DNA from: a virus
Lineage: Duplodnaviria > Heunggongvirae > Uroviricota > Caudoviricetes
IMG/VR virus record: IMGVR_UViG_3300046542_000361
Reading direction: 5' to 3' (one strand)
DNA: 64,000 nucleotides
The translations under genes and the position numbers were made by a program. Positions 54,390 to 62,369 of this stretch are shown in pieces. The stretch's first letter is position 1. Each line of letters opens with the position of its first letter. The notes below the pieces were generated by a model. The model did no database searches. It saw only the letters and a program-made list of their open reading frames with translations, and was not told the DNA's origin.

Positions 54390-54919
54390 CAACCTCTCCT
54401 CAGTGTGACCAGGCCGTCGATATTGTCGACAGCGCCAATGTGTGTGAGCGCCTGGATCGTCATGCGCGCGTGACTGTCTGCCGTGCCTTCGGTCCAGCCG
54501 AGCTTCGTCGTGAAAGCATAGGCGAGCGTGTGCCGATCGAGCGGCTGGCGCATCTTGAGCAGCAGGTGCCCGGCGATCTTCAGGAAGCTCGACGAACCGG
54601 CGAACGGGTTGACGCCTTTGGCGAAGTTTTCGGTGACGCGCAGATTGGAGCTGTCGAGCTTCTCGACCAGCGCCATGACCTTCTTCGGCACCGTCAGTTC
54701 GGCGGGATGCGCCGCTGGCTTTTCAGCGAGCGGGTTCTTGGCTTTCTTCGAGCCCTTGCCTGTCACGCCGACGCGCTCTCGAAGGATCTCGAGATTGGCG
54801 AAATGCAGCGGCCGGCAGGTCTCGGCGAACTTGCAGACCGCGCACACCGGCGCCGTCTCTTCAAATGCAAGTGCAGAGCCAAAGCAGCCAGGCGCAAATG
54901 ACGGGATAATGACGTTCAT
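54389..54919 (-). CDS. hypothetical protein with Cys-rich N-terminus
   Basis: RBS AAAGGA. ATGA-coupled to the sigma factor gene. Confidence 0.5.
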   Translation of the reverse strand: MNVIIPSFAPGCFGSALAFEETAPVCAVCKFAETCRPLHFANLEILRERVGVTGKGSKKAKNPLAEKPAAHPAELTVPKKVMALVEKLDSSNLRVTENFAKGVNPFAGSSSFLKIAGHLLLKMRQPLDRHTLAYAFTTKLGWTEGTADSHARMTIQALTHIGAVDNIDGLVTLRRG

Positions 54920-55548
54920 GCGGCAGTCCTTTGAACCTTCTCGGAGAGCGTGCGCAGCTCGGCGAGGATCTTCGTGCGTTCCGGGCGGTCGGCGTCCATC
55001 AGGCGAAACACGAAGGACGTCGTTATGTGGCTGATCAGAATGTTCTGCGCGCCGATCGACTTGGCGTATTCGGCGCGCGCCTTCAGCAAGCGCATCTGCT
55101 CCAAGAGTTCGGGCGGCTGCTCATAGAGGAGCTTCAAAAACAGCGCGCTGCGTTCGCTCAGCCGCCGCAGCGCCCATGCGATGTGTGTCGCTTCATCCAC
55201 CTGCGCATCCGGCGAGGGCTCGCTCGAAGGCATCAGGTCGACCAGCTTGTCGTTTTCGTCGCTATTGCCGACGGGCGCGTCGAGCCGCTGGGCGCGCTCC
55301 TCGCCGATCCGCTTGAACATCTTGCGATTGATCTCGAGCTTGGAGCGGCGAATACCCTCGATCAGATACGCGTTGAAGGGCACGCCGAGCATCGGATCGA
55401 ACGTGTCGCGTGCGCGGCACCAGACGAGCCAAAGCTCTTGCTCGACGTCATCATGGCTAAGCGATGTTGCGCCGTTGCCATGAAGCTTCCTTGCGATCGA
55501 CCAGGACAGACGCCGGATCAGCTCGACGCTCTCCTTATGGTCAATCAT
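54916..55548 (-). CDS. sigma-70 family (ECF-like) RNA polymerase sigma factor
   Basis: Region-2-like DVEQELWLVWCRARDTFDP…FNAYLIEGIRRS and a C-terminal region-4-like helix. 210 aa. Confidence 0.6.
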   Translation of the reverse strand: MIDHKESVELIRRLSWSIARKLHGNGATSLSHDDVEQELWLVWCRARDTFDPMLGVPFNAYLIEGIRRSKLEINRKMFKRIGEERAQRLDAPVGNSDENDKLVDLMPSSEPSPDAQVDEATHIAWALRRLSERSALFLKLLYEQPPELLEQMRLLKARAEYAKSIGAQNILISHITTSFVFRLMDADRPERTKILAELRTLSEKVQRTAA

Positions 55549-56807
55549 GCGAAATACCTTTGCAGAACCTGCTCGACAGTCACCTGGTCGACGCGGGAGC
55601 AGCGGTTGGCGAATGCGAGCTTGAAGCCGAGGATGGGGTTGTTACCGAAGACGATCGTCAGCGAGGACGCGGTGATCAGCTCACGCGGCGAGATCGTCAT
55701 CGACATTTCGCCCTTGGTGAAGCTTTCGCGGATCGAGTTCGCGACCTTGACGAACTTGTCGGCGTCAGGCTTGCCGAGACCGGCCTTCGAGCGCAGCACC
55801 AGGCTTTCCTGCTTGGCGTCCATGTATTTCACCTCTTCGGTGATATGGAAGCGCGAGTAGGACGCTGCGTTCTGGATCATCGTGCCTTGGTAGAGGCCTG
55901 TCTCATCGCCGACGCCGTTGGTGTTGCCGGTCGCAACGAAGCGGAAATCGGGATGCGGATGAATGACGCGCTGGTCGATCGGCGCATCCTTGATGACGAG
56001 CGGCTTGCCCTCGAGCACCGGCTGATAGAGCGCGATCACCGACGGCATGGCGAAGTCGTATTCGTCAGCGCAGTAGACCATGCCGTATTTCATCGCCATT
56101 GCCAGCGGGCCATACTGAAACTCGGTGATGGTCTGCGGCTTCTTGACGACGTGGATCTTGCCGTCGGGGCCGAGCTCCTGGGCGTCGACGAGCACGGTCT
56201 TGACGACATACTGGCCGAGGATATGCGCCTCTTCGGTGTTGCCGGTGTGCTGGACGCGCAAGAAAGGCCGCCCGGTGCGTGCGGCACACTGCTCGAGCAC
56301 CGTCGTCTTGCCGGTGCCGTGCATGCCCCAGAGGTAGACGTTCATGGCAAGTTCGAAGCCGAGGCAGACTTTCTTGACCAGGTCGATGTTGAAGACATAG
56401 TCGCCGTCGATCGACTGCACATAGGCGTCAGCCTCGGGATGATGCTCGGTCAGGCAGCGCAGCATGATCGGATTGTTGGTCGACGACAGCGCCGTCGAGG
56501 CATCGAGCCCGAAGATGTCGGAGAGCGAGCGCTCGGCGAAAGCGAACGCCTGGCCCGGCTGAAACGACGCAGCGGCAGCCTTGCGGTCGGCAGCCTCCTT
56601 GGCCTTCATCGCCGCGCGCCGGCCTCGGTCGGACATCAGCGGGTGGCCCGGATACTCTTCCTTGTAGCGCTCGATCGTCCAGTCCGGATAGTTCTGCTTC
56701 AGGTAGACGCGAATGGAGTCGCAAAGCCCGCCGTCGATCGCGCAAACGATCTTGGCGTTCGCGTCGTCAGGTGCGGGCGCAAGGGTGGTAGCAGCTGCTG
56801 CGGTCAT
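55545..56807 (-). CDS. MoxR / CobS-like AAA+ ATPase
   Basis: Walker A GMHGTGKTT, Walker B YCADEYD, AAA_5-type layout. Start MTAAAATT with RBS GGAGA. Two motif copies lie upstream at 56846-56914. Confidence 0.75.
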   Translation of the reverse strand: MTAAAATTLAPAPDDANAKIVCAIDGGLCDSIRVYLKQNYPDWTIERYKEEYPGHPLMSDRGRRAAMKAKEAADRKAAAASFQPGQAFAFAERSLSDIFGLDASTALSSTNNPIMLRCLTEHHPEADAYVQSIDGDYVFNIDLVKKVCLGFELAMNVYLWGMHGTGKTTVLEQCAARTGRPFLRVQHTGNTEEAHILGQYVVKTVLVDAQELGPDGKIHVVKKPQTITEFQYGPLAMAMKYGMVYCADEYDFAMPSVIALYQPVLEGKPLVIKDAPIDQRVIHPHPDFRFVATGNTNGVGDETGLYQGTMIQNAASYSRFHITEEVKYMDAKQESLVLRSKAGLGKPDADKFVKVANSIRESFTKGEMSMTISPRELITASSLTIVFGNNPILGFKLAFANRCSRVDQVTVEQVLQRYFA

Positions 56808-56845
56808 TAAAATCTCCGTTCGATGTTGCGATCTGTCGTCGCGTT

Positions 56846-56914
56846 CAATCAATATTTACTTACTAACAAGCGTAGCGATGGGATGCAATCAGTTTTTACT
56901 GACCGACTGCATTA
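56846..56914 (-). promoter_or_regulatory. two tandem motif copies upstream of the CobS-like gene; the first is a ~40-nt element near-identical to 34858-34897
   Basis: CAATCAATATTTACTTACTAACAAGCGTAGCGATGGGA then CAATCAGTTTTTACTGACCGACTGCATTA. Confidence 0.5.
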
Positions 56915-56919
56915 CCCGA

Positions 56920-59442
56920 TCATTTCATGAGGATCTTCTTCAGTTCGCCCATCACGGCGCGCGGCAGGTCGTCGACCGACTGCAGGACAATGTGGTTGTC
57001 GTAGAAGCGCGCGACGGCGTCGGACTCGATGCCGATACCGACGAGATCGTAGCCCATGTTGGTCAGACGCTCGACCATGTGCTTCAGGTGCGCGTCGTCA
57101 TTTCTGGCGCCGGCAGGAAAGCCGTCGGACAGGACGATGATGACCTTGCGCTTCTCCTTGCGCCGCGCCAGGCGCATTGCTGCGTATTCGAGGGACTCGC
57201 CGTCGATATTGCCGCCCATATAAGGCTGATGCTTGCGCTGGTAAGCGAAGCGCTTCTTGACGTCGGCGTTAAGCCGCTCGTTGAAATCTTTGAAGATCGG
57301 CATGTAGATCGGCACGACGCGCGAGAAGGCAACGTTGGATTTGTTCGTCTCGGTCTGAAGGTCGTTGTTGAACTGCCTGATCCTATCTTCCGTCATGACG
57401 CTGCCTTGGCCCCACATCTGCGCGGTCGTAAAGCCCATGCATTCGGAGGGGATATTGCAGCGCTCGAGCACCGAGGCGAGCGCGTAAGAGGCCGACAGCG
57501 CCGTTGCCATTGGTCGCCCCTGCATCGAGCCGGAGCAGTCCGACAGCAGCGACACAGCCGTGTCTTTCGCGCGGATCTCTTCACGGCGCGAGAACACGCG
57601 CGAATCGCCGGCCGTCAGCCGATGCAGACCGGCGCTGTTCAAGCGGCCAGAGCGTTGACCGGCGACATTGAAGACGCGCGCCTGGGCGGCCATCATGCGC
57701 TCGATATCCTTCTGCATCACGCCAGTCAGCGCGCGGGTCTGCTCCTCGAGCTCGACGATATAGCGGCTTTTGAAATCTTCCGGCACCTCGAGCGGCTTGA
57801 TCACGTCGTATTCACGGGTGAAGATCGAATAATCCGAGGCCCTGCAGGCCGAGATCGCTTCCTTGACGATGATCTTGACCAGCGCCGACGAGATATCCTT
57901 TTCGTCGAGCGCGTCATCATCCATTGCGGCAAAGGGGTTCTGGTTCGGATCGTAGCCGATGGAAGCGACGTCGATCGCCGGCTCCTCATCTTCACTGGCC
58001 GAGCCGTCGTTTGCGTCTTCATCGTCGCCGGCGTCCTCGACAGCGACATTGCTCAGAGGCTCGCCAGACTCCTCATCGCCGTCTTCACCTTCTTCGGATT
58101 CACCATCGGGATCAGAGCCTCCAGCGTCGCTTTCGCTCTCGTCACCCTCAGCGTCCACATCTTCGTCGGCATCGTCAGCGGGCTCCCCGGAGCTGTTCTG
58201 CTCGGCGTCCTTGCCTTCATCAACCTCAGAAGCATCCGATGCTTCGTCGCCGTCAGCAGCAGAGCCGTCACCCCCTTCCTCGCTTCCGCCATCAGCATCA
58301 TCGGGCGCGCTGCCGGAACCATCTTGATCATCGGCATCGTCAGCGTCGTCCTCTTCGGCCGAGCCGGCGCCTTTGCTTTCCTCGGGCTCATTGCCAGCGT
58401 CGGCATCGTCCTTGTCGCCGGAACCGTCACCTGCGTCTTCGTCGGCCGTTTGATCACCATCCTGATCGTCGTCGCCGTCGTCTGCGCTTCCAGCGCCAGG
58501 TTCCTTGTCGCTTTCCTCATCGTCGGCTTTTTCTTCGCCTTCGCCGGAACCTTCGTTCTCACCGTCGCCGGCATCGTCTTCCTTCTCCTCTTCGTCGCTT
58601 TCGCCTTCGCCGCCCGACGCTTTGTCGTTGTCTTCGGTGTGCTCGCGCTCACCGTCGCCTTCACCGTCGCCGGTCTGCTGTTCGTCGGAATGATCCTTGT
58701 CGTCTTCGCCTTCGGACGGCTCCTGGTCGTCGGAGCCTTCGCCCTGGTCCTGATCGTCTTGCTCTTCAGGCTCGGGCGGCTGCGGCGGGGCGGGCGGCGG
58801 TGGCGGGTAGAGAATGGCTTCGACCTCGACCGCAATGTCGTAGGTCTGCTCGGTCGTCTGGAGCAACGGCATCTTGTCTTGCGACGCCTTTGAGAAGCGC
58901 TGCATGAATGGCTTGACCAGCTCGTGCTCCCAGTAATTGTTGTCGTCCATGAATTCCTGGAATTCGACGTGGCCGGCAAGCGCGCGCATCATGACGACGA
59001 TCAGATAGCCGAACTCTTCTTCCTTCGAGTGCGCCTTTGCGATCGCGGCCGCGGTGACGTTGCGCAGGAAGTATTCACGCAGCTTGGAAATGTTGCGCTT
59101 CGAGCCGGGGAACTCATTGCTCATCAGCCGCTCGATCATCGTATCTTCGATGATATTGTGCAGATTGTGCAGGCGCTTCGACTTGTCGCGCGCCTTGAAC
59201 AGGAAGTCGGTGAAGAGGACATGCGCGACTTCATGGTCGATGAAGCCCTGGATCGCGAAGACAAACTCCGGCTCGGCATTGTCGGGCAGGAGAGGAATGT
59301 TGACGCGCCAGGGCAGACCGGTGACGGGGTGCGGTTGAACATAGGCTTGCGTGCCCATTTGCGTCACGGTCAGGCCTTTGCCAGCAAGCATCGGCACGAT
59401 CTTCTTGATCGCTTCGCGCAGGATCACGATGTCTTTGTTCAT
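56920..59442 (-). CDS. CobT-like vWA-domain protein with a ~250-aa poly-acidic low-complexity linker and an N-terminal HExxH (HEVAH) motif
   Basis: C-terminal vWA MIDAS LLSDCSGSMQG. Extreme D/E/G/S-rich repeat region. 840 aa. Confidence 0.7.
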   Translation of the reverse strand: MNKDIVILREAIKKIVPMLAGKGLTVTQMGTQAYVQPHPVTGLPWRVNIPLLPDNAEPEFVFAIQGFIDHEVAHVLFTDFLFKARDKSKRLHNLHNIIEDTMIERLMSNEFPGSKRNISKLREYFLRNVTAAAIAKAHSKEEEFGYLIVVMMRALAGHVEFQEFMDDNNYWEHELVKPFMQRFSKASQDKMPLLQTTEQTYDIAVEVEAILYPPPPPAPPQPPEPEEQDDQDQGEGSDDQEPSEGEDDKDHSDEQQTGDGEGDGEREHTEDNDKASGGEGESDEEEKEDDAGDGENEGSGEGEEKADDEESDKEPGAGSADDGDDDQDGDQTADEDAGDGSGDKDDADAGNEPEESKGAGSAEEDDADDADDQDGSGSAPDDADGGSEEGGDGSAADGDEASDASEVDEGKDAEQNSSGEPADDADEDVDAEGDESESDAGGSDPDGESEEGEDGDEESGEPLSNVAVEDAGDDEDANDGSASEDEEPAIDVASIGYDPNQNPFAAMDDDALDEKDISSALVKIIVKEAISACRASDYSIFTREYDVIKPLEVPEDFKSRYIVELEEQTRALTGVMQKDIERMMAAQARVFNVAGQRSGRLNSAGLHRLTAGDSRVFSRREEIRAKDTAVSLLSDCSGSMQGRPMATALSASYALASVLERCNIPSECMGFTTAQMWGQGSVMTEDRIRQFNNDLQTETNKSNVAFSRVVPIYMPIFKDFNERLNADVKKRFAYQRKHQPYMGGNIDGESLEYAAMRLARRKEKRKVIIVLSDGFPAGARNDDAHLKHMVERLTNMGYDLVGIGIESDAVARFYDNHIVLQSVDDLPRAVMGELKKILMK

Positions 59443-59484
59443 TTCGCACTCCGTTAAATCAATTTTGATTGATTATTTATCGCA

Positions 59485-59715
59485 TCAAAAATCTTGGATC
59501 ACAAACGGGAAGAGCAGGAGCCCTTGTCCGACTGCAGGGATGATGATGTGGATATTGCCGTGTTCGGGGTGCGTGCCGGTGAAGACGGTCACGCCCTCCT
59601 TGTCCGTTCGCACGCAATTCACCAATGACGCGCCCTCTGCCCAGGCAAGGTCGAAAGGAATCTCCTTGACGGCGCCGAGGTGGGTCTTGGTGGTTGCCTG
59701 CTGTTGCTTCTGCAT
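59485..59715 (-). CDS. hypothetical small protein
   Basis: Motif copies lie at 59455-59483 and 59745-59764. Confidence 0.45.
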   Translation of the reverse strand: MQKQQQATTKTHLGAVKEIPFDLAWAEGASLVNCVRTDKEGVTVFTGTHPEHGNIHIIIPAVGQGLLLFPFVIQDF

Positions 59716-59781
59716 GATGCGTCCTTTGTCATGTCAACACCGATCAGTCAATATTTACTGATGGAGCTAGAGAAAGAAAAA

Positions 59782-59807
59782 GCGATCCGGGGCCTATTCC
59801 GGATCGC
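59782..59807 (-). terminator. rho-independent terminator GCGATCCGG-N8-CCGGATCGC followed by TTTTTCTTTCT on the minus strand
   Basis: Immediately after the regulator gene stop. Confidence 0.65.
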
Positions 59808-59833
59808 GGTGGCTATAAGCCGGGTCGCCCCGG

Positions 59834-60238
59834 TTATTTCGCGAAGGCCTCGGTGACGGCAGCGCGCTGCCGGTCGTTGATCTTCGGATCGCTGTTGCCG
59901 GAAGCCTCGCGGACAATACCGAGGATTTCGACTTCGTTTTCAGTGCAGATGAATTCCAGCATCCTCGCGGTTGTCTCGTCCTCGGGCATGAACTGCTCGA
60001 GCGCCATCCGGAAGAGGAACATCGGATCCACGCCGATCGCACGGGCGAGCGGAACGACGCGGTCAAGCGGCAGCTTGGCGTCGCCCTTCTTGATCATCGT
60101 AACCATGTTCGACTGGGTCCAGCCGGCCGCCTGGGCGATTTCGCGGTGGGATCGGTTGACCACTTGGTCGATATGCTTGTCGAGAAAACGCGCAACCTTC
60201 GTGTTAGCGTAGGGGCGAACGTAAGTTGTAGTGGACAT
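59834..60238 (-). CDS. XRE-family helix-turn-helix transcriptional regulator (repressor-like)
   Basis: HTH …SHREIAQAAGWTQSNMVTMIKKG… Strong RBS AAGGAAGAAGGG. Upstream of it is the AT-rich region. Confidence 0.65.
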   Translation of the reverse strand: MSTTTYVRPYANTKVARFLDKHIDQVVNRSHREIAQAAGWTQSNMVTMIKKGDAKLPLDRVVPLARAIGVDPMFLFRMALEQFMPEDETTARMLEFICTENEVEILGIVREASGNSDPKINDRQRAAVTEAFAK

Positions 60239-60239
60239 T

Positions 60240-60600
60240 TAATAATAACCCTTCTTCCTTGACCTTTGTTTTACTTGTCACTAACAGCGTTTTCTTGTTT
60301 TCTGCTTTAGTGAATAGCGCATCGGTCTTGGGGTGCAACGATTTCTTTTGGCAAAATTTAGGGCAGTAAGTCAATACCGATTTACCCACAAAATGCAGTC
60401 AATTCCATTTTGCCGCACCGAAACGCAAGGAATCGCGGGGGAAACGGTGCGAAAAGAAATTTTTCAAGTGGTGATTTTTAGGGAGTTGACGCGAGTTCCA
60501 TAAGGTCTGTTATGCGACTTTTACGGGCTTGGCTGAAAACTGTAACCAAGGATAGATTTTTCTTGGGGTTTTATCCCACTACCGAATCGTGGCATCGCTG
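60240..60600. promoter_or_regulatory. AT-rich origin-like region with inverted repeats (GGCAAAAT…ATTTTGCC; CGCACCG…CGGTGCG) and a DnaA-box-like TTTACCCACA
   Basis: The lowest-GC stretch of the window, between the divergent regulator gene and the RHH / Rep genes. Confidence 0.45.
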
Positions 60601-60605
60601 GTAAT

Positions 60606-60842
60606 ATGACGCTGGTTCGAAGTGAGTCTCTAGCCATGAACGTTGAAACAAATGCTAACGCGCGTGCCGCAACCAAGTATCGGGAGAAGCGAGAGGCGGC
60701 CGGCGAGCGCCAGGTCACCGTTTGGCTTGCTCCCTGTGCGCAGTTGAAGGTCGACGAAATGATGTCAGCCGGTGGGTTTAAGAACCGGTCGGATTTGATC
60801 GCCCGCGCGATCCAGGAATTTGAATTGAACAAAGGAAACTAA
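60606..60842 (+). CDS. ribbon-helix-helix (CopG-like) DNA-binding protein
   Basis: …KYREKREAAGERQVTVWL… is typical of RHH plasmid/phage regulators. ATG at 60606 or 60636. Confidence 0.5.
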   Translation: MTLVRSESLAMNVETNANARAATKYREKREAAGERQVTVWLAPCAQLKVDEMMSAGGFKNRSDLIARAIQEFELNKGN

Positions 60843-61011
60843 ACTCGGCAAAGCAAAAGGCCCCAGGACGCCAATCCCAGAGCCTTTTTATTCTAAGCGA
60901 CTACGGATCGCCTCGTTTTGACACCTTGGTTATCCCGAATCATCGCTCGATTGTCAACATTTCTTTCGGGAGTGTTCGGCGAAGCTTTGCCCTTGGATAC
61001 AAGGGAAACCA

Positions 61012-62118
61012 ATGGGAGCGCAGTCATCCGGCTGGCGTGGATTAAGTCCGACACTTTCGGTCGGCCAAGATCTCGACAGCGCCGAAAAGCAAGACCTCTT
61101 CGACACGGCCAGAATGGCAGCTCGAGTCCTTGGGTTGCCGCCGACGGCGCGGTTCGTCCTCGACCAGCTCTGCGGCGTTTATAACGGCGAACCGATCGAA
61201 GGTCGAATCCTTGTCTGGCCGTCAAACGAGTTCATCGGCGAGCGCACTGGCATTCCGGAGCGGTCCATCAGGTTCGCGCTCGCCCGTCTGATCGAGGAGG
61301 GCGTGATCATCTCCAAGGATTCGCCGAACGGCAAGCGGTTTGCGCAGCGCTCGCCATCCGGCCAGATCATCCGTGCCTTCGGTTTCGACCTCTCCCCTCT
61401 CCTTGCGCGCCGGCCGGAGTTTGTCGCCAGGCTCGCGGCGCTCAAGGAATTGGAGCGTGAGCGGAGCGTTGCCTTCGACGAGCTGGTCATTCACCGGCGT
61501 TCGGCCCAGGAAGCTCTCAGGACGCTTGCAGAGGTTTACCCGAGCGTCGACATAGCTGATCTGACGGCGCGCGCCCTGGAGCTCATGCGCGTCACACCGC
61601 GCAGGTCCGGTGCGGGATCAGCCGACCCTTTCCGCGGGCAGTGGCAAGCACTCAGAGAAGAGGCAGAATCCAGATATTATACCGCCTCTGCCGGCAATAA
61701 CTGCCGTCACAAAGACAGCAACAAATATGCCCCTGACCAGTCTTGTGACAACGGCTCTGAAGATGTGCAGGAGGCGCCGGCGCAGCGGACGGATCTGCGC
61801 GACCTGAAGATGGCTTGCCTTGATGCGATGGAATTCATGGGTGAGATCCGGCACGACCTCGAGCTTGTCGCGGCTGCCGGGCGAATGCGGGGCTCGTTCG
61901 GCGTGTCAGTGTCGGCCTGGGAGGAGGCCAGGCGCGAAATCGGCCCGGTGCCGGCTGCCGCGACCCTGGTGTGGGTCATCCAGATGCAGGCGCGGCCAGC
62001 TGCCGGCGCCGAGCAGATCAAGAATTTCGGTGGTTACTTCCGGGCGATGTGCCGGTTGGTCCGCGACGGCCGCGTCAACCTCGATGAAGAGATCCAAAAG
62101 CTCAGGCGACGACAATAA
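61012..62118 (+). CDS. replication initiator-like protein with winged HTH (RepC / RP-C-like, putative)
   Basis: wHTH SNEFIGERTGIPERSIRFALARLIEEGVI. 368 aa. RBS AAGGGAAA. One of only three plus-strand genes. Confidence 0.45.
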   Translation: MGAQSSGWRGLSPTLSVGQDLDSAEKQDLFDTARMAARVLGLPPTARFVLDQLCGVYNGEPIEGRILVWPSNEFIGERTGIPERSIRFALARLIEEGVIISKDSPNGKRFAQRSPSGQIIRAFGFDLSPLLARRPEFVARLAALKELERERSVAFDELVIHRRSAQEALRTLAEVYPSVDIADLTARALELMRVTPRRSGAGSADPFRGQWQALREEAESRYYTASAGNNCRHKDSNKYAPDQSCDNGSEDVQEAPAQRTDLRDLKMACLDAMEFMGEIRHDLELVAAAGRMRGSFGVSVSAWEEARREIGPVPAAATLVWVIQMQARPAAGAEQIKNFGGYFRAMCRLVRDGRVNLDEEIQKLRRRQ

Positions 62119-62146
62119 AAAAAAGGGCAGCCCGCGAGAGCTGCCC
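62117..62146 (-). terminator. rho-independent terminator (GGGCAGC tctcgcg GCTGCCC followed by TTTTTTTT on the minus strand)
   Basis: Stops the minus-strand ligase operon before it collides with the plus-strand rep gene. Confidence 0.7.
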
Positions 62147-62213
62147 AGTTGGAAAGGAGACACACAATGACGGAACGGATGGAACGTCGCTGTGATTATA
62201 GAATAGTCAGTTT

Positions 62214-62369
62214 TTACTCGGCTTTTCGAAAAATCTCGAAGTTTTTCGAGACGGGAATTGGTCGAGCCACGCAATACCAGTTCATGTCGTAGCCAAATTT
62301 CTTGGCCGCGTCATAAAGGCTTCTGGAAAGGATGACGCGATCGGTGCCGTCTGGCGCCTTTGTCGTCAT
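62214..62369 (-). CDS. hypothetical small protein, 51 aa
   Basis: Not in the ORF track. ATG overlaps the ligase stop (ATGA). Confidence 0.4.
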   Translation of the reverse strand: MTTKAPDGTDRVILSRSLYDAAKKFGYDMNWYCVARPIPVSKNFEIFRKAE

